A DNA stretch of 45,641 nt from an archaeon. Its GTDB lineage: Archaea; SpSt-1190; DYHY01. The stretch covers positions 1 to 45,641 of the forward strand of contig JBBIPP010000011.1 in the NCBI GenBank assembly GCA_037442745.1. The letters are read 5' to 3'. Every line of letters begins with the position of its first letter. The stretch's first letter is position 1. Shown piece after piece: positions 17,236 to 27,296 of this stretch. The notes under the pieces are model-generated. The model was not told the origin of the DNA, did not search any database, and saw only the letters and a list, made by a program, of their open reading frames with translations. The position numbers and the translations under genes were made by a program.

Positions 17236-19631
17236 AACTGGGAAGGCGCGGATTCCTGAGAGCGGTCGAATCCCTGATAGCAATTGTAATGATTCTCGCG
17301 ACTTTTCAGGCTTTTGTCAACTGGAGCGCGCCAGTGAGAACAACTGCCACTACAAGGCAGACCGGCTATGACATTCTCGGGGCGTATTCGGATTCCGTCT
17401 CCCTTGCAATCCGGGACTTTTCCGCTTTCGACCAGTTCGTATCCTATGCGGTTCCCTCAAGCTTCGCATACAAAGTAATGGGGGATTTTTTCACGCCAAT
17501 ATCGACAAGGGGCGTTCCCGGACCAGTGACAGTCAGCGTGGATTTTCCCTCAATAATTGACCCTGAGGAGATTTTCGTTGCTGACCTGAATTCGGAGGAA
17601 TACCCGTCGTCAGTAACATTCAACTATTACAGAATACCTTTCGCTCTGCAAAACAAGGGGGCGGGAGCAGTCTTTGACGCCCCTATATACCTTACTGCGG
17701 GAATTCCGAACCTTGACTCCAACATGGACGGAACCGCCGATTTCCCAGAAATATCCTCAATCGACCTCTATCTTGACGGGAAAAGGACGCCTTTCATACT
17801 CCATAACCTAATTGACAACAACAATACTGCGCTTGTCCCGACAATACTCTTCAACGCGACAATTTCGGAGGGTGGCTCGAAACACGGCTACCTCTACTTT
17901 TCAACCGGTGGAGTTTCAGGTCTCGGAAAAATCCTCCCGGTCGAGAGAACTGAAGTGGAGGCTCAGGCCAGTCAGAACATACGGATATTGACAAGGGCAA
18001 TTGAAAGGGCGCCGAGAGCCACAATAACTTTCATTGAGCCCGCTGGAGCCCCGAAAACTGTTTTTGTCCTCTCGAGAATAGGGTATTTCTCGGCAATCCC
18101 GAGGAACCGCTCAAGTTCGCTTTCGTATTCTGAGAATGCGTTTCAGTTCGTCCTGAACAACTCCGGGAATATCTCAGTCTCAATTGACAAGGCTAGCGGG
18201 GAATATTCAGTTTTCGATTCCGGCGGCTCCAAAATTTTCTCCGCCCGACCACTTGAATCTGGAAGGTCCTTTTCAGTAACAATACCTCCTCATCTGGTCA
18301 ACGCAACCAAGTCTGTCGGAAAGGAGACTGTGCACTGGAGGGTGAACGGGACTGCCGGAAGAATAGACTTTTTCCTGACCCTCTTTGAAAAGGCCGAGAG
18401 AAACCAGATTCTCGTTAAACGCACATTCATTCCGGCTGGCGCGGGAACATATTCATTCGCTTTCGATTCGGTCGGATTTCCTGCTCCGGGAAGCATTTCC
18501 TCTGAATGGCCTGACGGGACATATTCCTCCGAGAGAAAGGGCGTGGTAATAAGCGGGGGCGCTCCCCTCGATGTTGCAGTCTATTCGGATTCCCTTGGGA
18601 GGATAGATTTCAACGGTACGCATTTCAGCTACGGGAGCACTAGAGACGTCTCGGCTTTCTATGCCCGGACTCCGATAGTCTCCTCAACCCTCTATGTCCT
18701 AGGAAACGCACTATCGGCAAGCGCGAGACCTAGGGGGATTTTTCCCGGGGACAAGCTCTCAATTGACTCTTCCTCAATTGTAATAACAACCTCTCCCACG
18801 CCAATCCGGTTCGTGCATTCCTTCTCGGATTCCGGGTTCGACGTTGCAATAGCGAATTTCACAATAAGGAGGCGCTTCAACCAGACAATTGCCATCTCCT
18901 GCGATATTGAAGGGAGGAAAATATTCTCGAACCTGGTCGTCCCCCCGTTCAATTCGGTATCCGATTACAAATACCTTGAGAAGCAGTATGCGATTCCCTC
19001 AACCTTCTTCCTTGACGGCGACAACTCAATATACTGCCAGACGAACCAGACGAACATTACAATAGAGTCGGTCGCGATAAAGGACATCTCCCTCACCGAA
19101 GAGGAGGGGGTTTACACAATCCCGATAATAGTCGAAAACTACGGCGGGGCTGACAGGACTTTTGAGGTCTCGCTTGACTTTGACAAGTTCGGAATTTCCC
19201 CGGAATCTGGAAGGGTGTTTGTCAGGGATCCGGAAACCAGGACAATTGAGATGCGGGACTTTTCCGGAAACGTCTTGTCCCTCAGAATCCCGGCTCCCCA
19301 AGGGGGACGCGGAACGAGGGAAATTGCAATTGCGGGGACGGAGTCAATTTACCTTGACGGAACCCTCCTTGCGGAGGATATTTCATACGGAGGAGCTCCT
19401 GTTTATTTCCCTGTCTCCCTTGGGGACAACCCGGAATTCTCCGCATATGCGGACATCGGGGAGGGCTTTTCGAGCTCGAACACCTACTGGGTCTCCCCTC
19501 CTGACAACCCGTTCTATTCCGACAAGGGAATATCCCCGACAGCGGACGCCACAGTTTCCCAGATTTTCACTTTCGACACTGAAACTGGAAGAGGGGCGTC
19601 AGTCAAAATAATGCTATGGAGGAAAGCCTGA
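17232..19631 (+). CDS. Large (799 aa) pilin-anchored adhesin-like protein
   Basis: Class III signal RRG/FLRAVESLIAIVMIL; long beta-rich body with many N-x-S/T sites. Confidence 0.8.
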   Translation: MKLGRRGFLRAVESLIAIVMILATFQAFVNWSAPVRTTATTRQTGYDILGAYSDSVSLAIRDFSAFDQFVSYAVPSSFAYKVMGDFFTPISTRGVPGPVTVSVDFPSIIDPEEIFVADLNSEEYPSSVTFNYYRIPFALQNKGAGAVFDAPIYLTAGIPNLDSNMDGTADFPEISSIDLYLDGKRTPFILHNLIDNNNTALVPTILFNATISEGGSKHGYLYFSTGGVSGLGKILPVERTEVEAQASQNIRILTRAIERAPRATITFIEPAGAPKTVFVLSRIGYFSAIPRNRSSSLSYSENAFQFVLNNSGNISVSIDKASGEYSVFDSGGSKIFSARPLESGRSFSVTIPPHLVNATKSVGKETVHWRVNGTAGRIDFFLTLFEKAERNQILVKRTFIPAGAGTYSFAFDSVGFPAPGSISSEWPDGTYSSERKGVVISGGAPLDVAVYSDSLGRIDFNGTHFSYGSTRDVSAFYARTPIVSSTLYVLGNALSASARPRGIFPGDKLSIDSSSIVITTSPTPIRFVHSFSDSGFDVAIANFTIRRRFNQTIAISCDIEGRKIFSNLVVPPFNSVSDYKYLEKQYAIPSTFFLDGDNSIYCQTNQTNITIESVAIKDISLTEEEGVYTIPIIVENYGGADRTFEVSLDFDKFGISPESGRVFVRDPETRTIEMRDFSGNVLSLRIPAPQGGRGTREIAIAGTESIYLDGTLLAEDISYGGAPVYFPVSLGDNPEFSAYADIGEGFSSSNTYWVSPPDNPFYSDKGISPTADATVSQIFTFDTETGRGASVKIMLWRKA

Positions 19632-19634
19632 AAA

Positions 19635-20024
19635 ATGCGCGGAAGAAGAGCACAGTTCTTCATAATTGCGTCAGTGATAATTATTCTGAACCTACTTGCA
19701 ATTGGCGCAATTGTCCGAAAGAGCTATTCGGGGAATTCGGAGAGGCCGAGCCAGGAGATTGCAATTGCCTCAGATTTTAACCGGACTGTCTTTGAGATCT
19801 ACAAAAGCCCCCAGGCGTTTCGGAGGAACATCCAGGCGCTTCAATTGGGAATCCAGAAGGGCGCGAGCTTCTCAAGCCAGATTTTCATCGAGTGCATGGG
19901 AGAGACCGACTGCTCGAGAGCCCGGATAGGGGAATGCATATCGAGCGACTGCAACACAACAATACTTGTCAAGGGCACTTCAATGGAAATTGGGACCGAT
20001 TTTTCCGGAAGAATGGGCCGCTAG
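19635..20024 (+). CDS. Minor pilin-like protein
   Basis: Class III signal RRA/QFFIIASVIIILNL. Confidence 0.8.
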   Translation: MRGRRAQFFIIASVIIILNLLAIGAIVRKSYSGNSERPSQEIAIASDFNRTVFEIYKSPQAFRRNIQALQLGIQKGASFSSQIFIECMGETDCSRARIGECISSDCNTTILVKGTSMEIGTDFSGRMGR

Positions 20025-20298
20025 GAAATTTCCCAAAAAGTTCCCGAGAGCGCTTTCTTCAGGCTCTCGTCGGAGAGAATTATGTCAAGGCCTGTGCGCC
20101 CGCTTCCGACATATTGGGTTTCTTCCCCTTCAAGGGACGTTTCAATAAGGACTGAATGAGATTGGCTTTTTCAGCCCGAACGCCTAGATTGCCCCTATTC
20201 TGTATCCGGTCTCTGAGAGGACGACTCCTGGCATTGCCATCCCTACTTGCTCTCCCGCAATTTTCGAGAGCTTTTCCGGGTCGAGCTTTCCCGTTCCA

Positions 20299-20808
20299 AT
20301 GAAAAGGCAGACGAACACCTTGCCTGAAGCCCTCCACAGGCACAACATTCCGGCTCACATATCACTTGTCTTTGGCGAGGACAGGCAGGAACGGGGGACT
20401 TTTGAAGGGAATGCGGACTTGATCAAAAACGGGATAGAGGGAGTCTCTCCCAAGATACTGACGCCTTGCCCCGGAACATTCCTATACAGGAGGCTAGAAG
20501 AGGAAGGACGGATAATAATCCCGTGCGGTTTTGACGAAAAGGGGCTGGACAACCTGAGATATTACAACCACAACTTCCCGGTTTTTCTCCCGGAAGGAGG
20601 GCTTGAAGAATTCATTGGCAATTACATTGAATTTGTCGGGAAAATGGCTTCAGGAGAGAGACTGAGGGCGCTCGTCGAAAGAAACGGCGCATCCCATGTC
20701 AGGAACTTTCTTGCTGGAATTGTCAACGCCGGAACCCTGATTGCGAGGAAAAGCATTGAATCAAACTGGGCGAACGCCGGGGAAATCGTTTATTCGGCAT
20801 ATTTGTGA
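20299..20808 (+). pseudogene. C-terminal remnant of a (B12-binding-type) radical SAM protein
   Basis: SLVFGED...ILTPCPGTFLYRRLEEEGRI matches radical SAM C-termini. No CxxxCxxC motif, and the upstream sequence is broken by stops. Confidence 0.65.
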
Positions 20809-20908
20809 ATTTTCGGGATAGCCCTTTCGCTCCCAGCGCTTCAAAAAATGAAAGAAAGAAAAAAACTTTCCTTCGAAAATCTCTAAACTTTTTCCTTTTA
20901 AGAATTAT

Positions 20909-21070
20909 TTAGAACTTCTTTGGGTGCTTTTGGAAGCAATCCCTGCAGTAAACAGGTCTTCCTTCCTTTGGCTTGAAGGGAACTGTTGTTTCCTGGCCGC
21001 AGTCTGCGCATTTAGCCGGGAACATTTCCCTTGGACCCCTTGGCGGTCCTCTTCGGTCTCCGAATGCCAT
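20909..21070 (-). CDS. CxxC-x17-CxxC zinc-ribbon protein (53 aa; below the ORF track cutoff)
   Basis: Manual translation: MAFGDRRGPPRGPREMFPAKCADCGQETTVPFKPKEGRPVYCRDCFQKHPKKF. TATA-like site upstream and T-rich tract downstream. Confidence 0.92.
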   Translation of the reverse strand: MAFGDRRGPPRGPREMFPAKCADCGQETTVPFKPKEGRPVYCRDCFQKHPKKF

Positions 21071-21128
21071 TTTAGGATAGGAATTAATCCCCCTTTATAA
21101 GACTATATTTGGGGTTAAAATCCCGCCA

Positions 21129-21405
21129 ATGAACCTTTGAAAAGCCCATATTTTCAGGGAGAATATCGATAATCAACTGCAAAGATGTGGAGGGGTTCCA
21201 ACCCTTCGGCAAAATCAGTTGTCAGGATAGGGGCTTTGCCGACAGGCGATGGGTCGCATTGGCGGCAAGGAGAGATTGGCTTCCGGTTGTTCACATAAAT
21301 CCCGAGCGCTATGACGAAGGGGACCTGATAATAATCCAGGAAATTGGGGGCGCATATGACTGCGATTATTTCCTCAAGGCAACTGCCTCAGAATTGGTTG
21401 ACTAA
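21129..21405 (+). pseudogene. Small hypothetical gene, probably frameshifted near the start
   Basis: ATG 21129 hits a stop after 3 codons. A shifted frame reads protein-like to TAA 21405. Confidence 0.3.
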
Positions 21406-21440
21406 TTGGCGAAAGAATAGACTGCTTTGGCTTTTTTCGT

Positions 21441-22175
21441 TCAGTTCGAATATTCCGGAACCCGTCTGTATTCTCCAAGACCTGCCGGCTCCAAATAGGG
21501 CGCATGGAAAACCGGGGAGACATTCATTCCCTTCAAAAGCTGAGCAGTCACTTGCCTAACAAGAAGCTCGCCCGCCCGGGGAAGCGCCTGATGCACCTTT
21601 TCATGGAGCTTGACTTCAAACATCTGATAAGGGGAAAGGGTGTCCAGGAGCTCTATTTTCCTTGTGCCAAGCATTGTTCGTCCAAGGACTCCTGAGCCCA
21701 TTTCGTAGGATGGTTTCGATTCTATCCTGAAATTCCCGTCAGAGAGCTCCTCAGGCGGGATTGAATCTGCGAGGACTTTTGCAAGGGGAACAGGGCTCAT
21801 TTTCGGCTTTTTCTCCCCAAGATGGTCCCAAAGGGAGATTTCGACTGCGGAATATTTTCCCTCAGAGGTGAGGAGCGCGCCATACATGTCGTCCGGTTTA
21901 GGGTCGTAGGGAGAACCGAATATTTCGGCCGGAGCCGTGTCAGGAAGGCGGGCTTTTCCCAGAACAGAATAGCTCTCGGAATCCTTCTTCCTCGAGAGGA
22001 CATATGCAACTACTCCGGGCAAAAATGTCTTTCCTTCAGTTCCGGATAGAAGAGAGTCTGACTCGCCCGAGAGGACGAGAATCGCAAGTTCGTCATTGCC
22101 TAGCTTGGAATAATCCACAAAGGGCCTCCTTCTCAGAAGACAGTAGATTGAGTCCAAATCTGGCTCTCCAGGCAT
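21441..22175 (-). CDS. Hypothetical protein with C-terminal HExxH (zincin-like) domain
   Basis: GVLGRT...VKLHEKVHQ...GELLVR. Confidence 0.7.
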   Translation of the reverse strand: MPGEPDLDSIYCLLRRRPFVDYSKLGNDELAILVLSGESDSLLSGTEGKTFLPGVVAYVLSRKKDSESYSVLGKARLPDTAPAEIFGSPYDPKPDDMYGALLTSEGKYSAVEISLWDHLGEKKPKMSPVPLAKVLADSIPPEELSDGNFRIESKPSYEMGSGVLGRTMLGTRKIELLDTLSPYQMFEVKLHEKVHQALPRAGELLVRQVTAQLLKGMNVSPVFHAPYLEPAGLGEYRRVPEYSN

Positions 22176-22312
22176 TCTTTTTTCCCTCCAGGAAAAACAA
22201 TTGTTCCGTTCAGCTTTTATTTTTTCCGTTCTTGCCGGCTTTGCCTAAATAGTGGCGGCTGCCCATAAAGTCATTGATTTGCCTAAAAACACTTACTATT
22301 GTTATGTAACAG

Positions 22313-22690
22313 TTAAGCTTCTTGCGCACCCCAACTGTATTGAACGAATCCCAGATTCACGGTAAAATTGAAATTTTTCTTGAACTTGTCCACATCCTCC
22401 ATAACATCTATTCCATTTGAAGTTATGTCTACAATTGCAGCAATAACTGGCAAAGTGCTACCCACTGTTCTAATAACTTTCCCGTGGATTAACTCTTTCT
22501 CAATCAAGTATTGAAGCGCAAAAACTACTCTATTCTTATCCCACTTCGTTGTCTGCATCAAATCATTTGTTTGGGGCATTTCTGCTCCCACTCGTTTCTT
22601 TTCATATATGAAAGTTAGAAGCTCGCCTGCGTCTTTCTGGATGCCCATTTCAGAGCAAAAACGACAGTTGCCCTTATTAGAGTTTTCCAC
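22313..22690 (-). CDS. Small winged-helix-like hypothetical protein
   Basis: LLTFIYE...VVFALQYLIEKELI...ITSNGIDVME wHTH pattern. Overlaps the res stop by 1 nt. Confidence 0.7.
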   Translation of the reverse strand: MENSNKGNCRFCSEMGIQKDAGELLTFIYEKKRVGAEMPQTNDLMQTTKWDKNRVVFALQYLIEKELIHGKVIRTVGSTLPVIAAIVDITSNGIDVMEDVDKFKKNFNFTVNLGFVQYSWGAQEA

Positions 22691-25278
22691 TATCCTCTGA
22701 TTTCAAGTGTCCTGTTGAACTCTTCCCTGAAGGCCGGCTTCGTCTCTTCGTTGTAGAACGGAAGTCCTACAAGTTTGAAGGTAGCATTCTCGCTGAGAGT
22801 TTCAAGCCTGTATGCTGAAGCAATCTCTCGCAAAAAGTCCTGTTTCCAGGCATCTTTTTGGACGAGGTGGGTTCCTTTAGGCTCGATAAATAGCTGGTAA
22901 TACAGCCACTTGCCGCTTTTCTCCTCTTTCACAAAAAGAACGAAATCCGGCTCTGTTGCAGCTCCGTCTGAAAACCGATATATCTTGAAGAGGGACTCGT
23001 TTCTCAGCAGGTATATGTCGGAAAACTTGACCTTCAGGGCGTCCAGAGAGTCGTTTATGAATTTGACAAAACTCTTCTCCTCATCCGTTCCGTAGTTCTC
23101 ATCATAGACATACCAGTTCTTGGCGCTTATGTCGAGCCGAAGGTCTGAATTTGTTGTTGAACTCATTGGAACTCCAAGCTCCCTGCTTGATGAGTTTTCC
23201 ACGTCTATTGTTATTTGTTTATCTACGGCAACTTTGCTTATGTTGAAACTCTTGAATAGCTTCGTCCCTTTGTATTCTGTGTGTTCCTTCTTTATCTGCT
23301 TCTCAAGCTCAGAAAGAACTGACATCGCAATTTCGAGTTTCTGGTCCTGCGACAGATTATCTACTATCTCAGAGGAGGAAGTAACCTCAACTTCTATGTT
23401 TGAAAGCCAGTTTGCGAAGTCTGTCATTGACTCGATTTTTGGGAAAAGCGGGTGTATCGTGTCGAAACGGTAAAAGTCCAGTTTGTCCATCGCCTTCCTT
23501 AGGACGCTGTTGAATTCCTTGAGTTTGAACGCCTTTGTTTTTCTCTCTTGAGAAACTGGTCGGAAGGTTTCGAATATTACGACCTCTTGGCCTGCGCCCC
23601 CTTTCATATCGTATTTGTAGGCCTTTTGGATGTCAAGGTCGGAGAAGCTTGCTATCCTCGACCGGTCCACTTTCACCTTCTCGTTAAGAAAGATAAGCCC
23701 GTTCTTCCAAAAGTCGGTTTTCTTTAGCAGGTCTTTTACCTTGACTTGAACCACTTTCTTTGGATTCTCCGGAATTATTCCAGTTGTCTTCAAGGCAATT
23801 GAGAGTTCGGAGATGTATTTTGGCTGGTTAAGGCTATGATAGTAGAGCTCCTCAAGGATTTTCAGGTCGTCTGAAGCGTCGTCATATTTCCGCTTGAATC
23901 GGTCTTGATTGACGTTTATGACAAAGGGACAATATCTCGCTCCCCGTCCGATTAATTGAGCTTCTCGAAGTGTAGTTGTTCCGGGTTGGTTGTTGTCGAA
24001 GTCTCTTGTCGTATAGAGCCGCACTATGTCGAAGAGATTAAGCACATCCCAGCCTTCATTGAGCATATCGACTGCGAAAACGAGACGGATGGGGTTGTCC
24101 GAGTCTTCGAGGGAATTGACTACGAGTTGATTGTTCTCGCTCTCTGATTTGGAGTTAACCGATATTGTCTTCTCTTCGGAAAAGTCCTCTCTCAATTCAA
24201 GGGCAAGGTTTTCGAGGGTTATTCCGTTTCTTTCGAAATAGGAGAACGCTTGGGAAATGACCGTTCCACCAGCTTGCCGTTTGAGTTTCTCCAGGTCGGA
24301 CGCCTTCAATTCCCTTATTTTTTGAACAAGTTTTTGGGAGAAGTCTTCTGATTCGGCTATTGTCTTGGATTTCATCAATATTACCGGCTTCATAGTCAGG
24401 TGATTTTTCTCGGCAATTTTTCTTCGGTATTGACTCAAGACGACTGCCTGGAGCGCTCTATCGAAAGTATTGAAATTAGATTGGAGAACCTTCACTTCTT
24501 TCGAATAGCCGTCTCTTCTGAACTCCTTGAGTGTGTATTCGTAGAGAATTTTGTTTTCATACTTTTCCTTGATTGCGGGGTTGCTCAGGTCAAGGGTTGC
24601 AGTATATTCGAGCATAATGTTGGCGGGATTTCTACTGAAAATACCGGCAACTGTGTGTTCCCACGTTGTTTTCGCTTCTTCTTCGTCCCTTCCCAAGTGG
24701 TTTCTCGTCCAAGCGTTTATGTGGTGCGCCTCGTCCGAGATTATTACTATCTTCGTGTTCTCGAACTCCTCATACGTGAGACTGTTCTCTCGTGGGGCAT
24801 TCAGGGCAGAGTGAAGACCTTGTATTGTCGTAAATACTATATTTATGGCATCCTCTGAAGCACCCTCAAGATTGTCTACTTTCTGTATCTTGACCTCTTT
24901 GCCGTCAAGCAGGAGCTTTTCATTGAATAGATATTTCGATGAAGCGAGATTTAGGAAGTTTTCCTGTGTCTTCTTTATTATGTTCGTGCTGTTGACGAAA
25001 AACAAAAAATTGCGATATCCGAGCGTGTAGAGATATAGGACGTTTGCCGCCATAAGCAGGGTTTTCCCGCTTCCCGTAGCCATATGAAAGAGCAGATGCG
25101 TCGGTCTTGCCCGCCGCTGGTCTTTAGTCAGGCAGTAGATAAATCGTCCAATAGCTTCTTTCTGGTATTCCCTTAATGGAAACTTTTGGTTCAGGTTCTT
25201 CTCTATCTCGGAAGGAACCTTGCGGTCAATAAGCCCCTCGTCCGATATAACATTATACCGTTCATTGAGGGAACTCAT
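22690..25278 (-). CDS. res: Type III restriction enzyme Res subunit (SF2 helicase plus PD-(D/E)XK nuclease)
   Basis: HMATGSGKT, DEAHH, LNEGWDV, QLIGRGAR and EPDF...FIEPKG motifs. Confidence 0.95.
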   Translation of the reverse strand: MSSLNERYNVISDEGLIDRKVPSEIEKNLNQKFPLREYQKEAIGRFIYCLTKDQRRARPTHLLFHMATGSGKTLLMAANVLYLYTLGYRNFLFFVNSTNIIKKTQENFLNLASSKYLFNEKLLLDGKEVKIQKVDNLEGASEDAINIVFTTIQGLHSALNAPRENSLTYEEFENTKIVIISDEAHHINAWTRNHLGRDEEEAKTTWEHTVAGIFSRNPANIMLEYTATLDLSNPAIKEKYENKILYEYTLKEFRRDGYSKEVKVLQSNFNTFDRALQAVVLSQYRRKIAEKNHLTMKPVILMKSKTIAESEDFSQKLVQKIRELKASDLEKLKRQAGGTVISQAFSYFERNGITLENLALELREDFSEEKTISVNSKSESENNQLVVNSLEDSDNPIRLVFAVDMLNEGWDVLNLFDIVRLYTTRDFDNNQPGTTTLREAQLIGRGARYCPFVINVNQDRFKRKYDDASDDLKILEELYYHSLNQPKYISELSIALKTTGIIPENPKKVVQVKVKDLLKKTDFWKNGLIFLNEKVKVDRSRIASFSDLDIQKAYKYDMKGGAGQEVVIFETFRPVSQERKTKAFKLKEFNSVLRKAMDKLDFYRFDTIHPLFPKIESMTDFANWLSNIEVEVTSSSEIVDNLSQDQKLEIAMSVLSELEKQIKKEHTEYKGTKLFKSFNISKVAVDKQITIDVENSSSRELGVPMSSTTNSDLRLDISAKNWYVYDENYGTDEEKSFVKFINDSLDALKVKFSDIYLLRNESLFKIYRFSDGAATEPDFVLFVKEEKSGKWLYYQLFIEPKGTHLVQKDAWKQDFLREIASAYRLETLSENATFKLVGLPFYNEETKPAFREEFNRTLEIRG

Positions 25279-27296
25279 CAGGCAGCCTCACCGTAGAACT
25301 GCTTGTTGAGTTTCTTGTCCGCCTCGGAAACTTTGTTGTCTTTGTCGCCAATTTCACTGAAATTGACGTAAAGCTGGTTCTTGTCAAGGCATTCCAAGAG
25401 GAACTTCTTCTGGTTAGCAAGGGAGAGTTCCGAGAAATCTTTTTTGTTCTCTTCGAACTTGCCTGGCATTATGCTGTGGCTGATGAAGGCAGTTTCCTTC
25501 ATTTCCTCCCAGAGTTTCAAGAGTTCCTTTGTTGTCTTTGCGTCCTTGACGGCTTCCACGAATTTCTCGTTTTGCTTCATAAGTTCGCAATAGACGAAGC
25601 TTCCACCGCCTTTCCAATCAGTAATTTTGCTTATGCCCGTTTGGTCGCCCTTTACGACGTTTGTAAGGCGGGCAAAGGTGCTGTTTTTGCCGTAATCGAG
25701 TTGCTCGATTCCGATGAATTTTCTTCCGAGTTTATGTGCGACTGCGCACGTCGTTCCGGAACCAGAAAAGAAATCGAGAACGAGGTCGCCTTTGTTCGTT
25801 GACATTTCTACTATTCGTTTCAAAAGAGCTTCTGGTTTCTTTCCTTTGTTCAAGGTGACGCCACCTTCGGGAGCTATCCCTTCCCAGGATATGTCCTTCC
25901 AGATGTTCGTCAAAACTGTCGAAGGGGTTAATCTTCCGTCAATTTGGCGGACTTTGTTTTCATAAAAAGTCATGACTTGTCCATTCAGAATGTATCTCGG
26001 CCGCATATCCTCTCCCCGTGACTGGAAGTATACTTTGCCGAGATTCTTCTTTGATTTTTCTCTCAAGTCTACAGTCTCTTTACTTGCATCATCATTTATC
26101 GCTGTGAGTCGAAAGACTCTCTCTTTGTTCTGAAGAGCAAATTCGCCCATTTGGTAATCAAAAAACGAACGATATTTCTGCCGTGCTTCTCTGACTGTCT
26201 TACAGCCCAACTTAGTAGCTACGAACATCGCAAGGTCTTGGATTCTCCATTCTTCAGGATTCAACAACTTGTTCTCAACGAGAGAATCGTAATTGGCATC
26301 ATATTCGCACGCCTCGTATTGGGGGTTATACTTCCATCTTTGCTTATCTTTGCCGTAGACAAGGATATACTCAGAGGTTTCGAAGAGACCGAGGTTAACC
26401 ACTTTGAAACCTGTTGGGGCACGCACGCTGACGGTTATTTTATTTATGAAATTGCATCGTTCAAAAACTTCATCCATCAATACATTGAGATAGCCTACTT
26501 CCTTGTCGCTTATTTGAACGAAAATGATGCCGTCGCTTCTAAGCAGCAGTTTGGCGACTTCCAGCCGGTTCCTCATAAAAGTTAACCACGTTGAGTGGTT
26601 GAATTTGTCGTTGTAGCTAAACTCGTCATTTCCAGTGTTATACGGCGAGTCGAGGTAAACCAATTTGATTTTCCCAGCGAACTGTTTTTTTAGCGAATGC
26701 AGAACAAGAAGATTGTTCCCTTTGACGACAAGGTTCTCTTTTGTTGGGTCTATCTCGGTTAGCTTGTGTTCGCCCTTAGCATCAATTTTCTTGAAGTTCG
26801 TGAACACCTTCCTGTCGGTAAGTCGGTCTATCTCATCTGGAGCAAGGGTTTCGTTGTAGAAAATCTCGACTCTCTCTCTCTCTCTCTCTCTCTCTACGGA
26901 TTCCATTCCCCCCTCAAGAACGCAATCTTTGTGAGGCCAGACAAGAACGACCTCTCCGCTCTTCGAAACTTCCCGTCCGTTTGTCGAAAGTCCTATTTTG
27001 TTCTTGAACACCGTATAGGAATCTGGAAGGAACGACTTGTTGTCAACGAATTTGATGAACTTGTCTCTGTCGAAAAAGAAAGTTCCCGACACCTCCACGA
27101 AGAAGTTTTCCTTCAGAACCTTGTTTGAAGCCATTATCTTCAGAAGTTCGGAGTCGAGCTTCAGGGCAAGCTCCATTATTTTGTTCTTCAGAAGTTTGCC
27201 GTCCGCAGTCAGGCGAGCATCTTTTTTCAGAGCTTCCGTCACTTCGGTCAATAATGTCAATTTATCTTCGTCTCCTTCTTCTCTTGGGCTTGCCAA
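25278..27296 (-). CDS. mod: Type III DNA methyltransferase Mod (beta class) with (AG)13 tract
   Basis: KGNNL, YLDSPYNTG (motif IV variant), KKPEALL and DFFSGSGTT. Overlaps the res start. Confidence 0.95.
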   Translation of the reverse strand: MASPREEGDEDKLTLLTEVTEALKKDARLTADGKLLKNKIMELALKLDSELLKIMASNKVLKENFFVEVSGTFFFDRDKFIKFVDNKSFLPDSYTVFKNKIGLSTNGREVSKSGEVVLVWPHKDCVLEGGMESVERERERERVEIFYNETLAPDEIDRLTDRKVFTNFKKIDAKGEHKLTEIDPTKENLVVKGNNLLVLHSLKKQFAGKIKLVYLDSPYNTGNDEFSYNDKFNHSTWLTFMRNRLEVAKLLLRSDGIIFVQISDKEVGYLNVLMDEVFERCNFINKITVSVRAPTGFKVVNLGLFETSEYILVYGKDKQRWKYNPQYEACEYDANYDSLVENKLLNPEEWRIQDLAMFVATKLGCKTVREARQKYRSFFDYQMGEFALQNKERVFRLTAINDDASKETVDLREKSKKNLGKVYFQSRGEDMRPRYILNGQVMTFYENKVRQIDGRLTPSTVLTNIWKDISWEGIAPEGGVTLNKGKKPEALLKRIVEMSTNKGDLVLDFFSGSGTTCAVAHKLGRKFIGIEQLDYGKNSTFARLTNVVKGDQTGISKITDWKGGGSFVYCELMKQNEKFVEAVKDAKTTKELLKLWEEMKETAFISHSIMPGKFEENKKDFSELSLANQKKFLLECLDKNQLYVNFSEIGDKDNKVSEADKKLNKQFYGEAA
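26870..26895 (-). repeat. (AG)13 simple sequence repeat inside mod
   Basis: Plus strand reads (CT)13 and encodes V-ERERERER-V, currently in frame. Confidence 0.95.
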
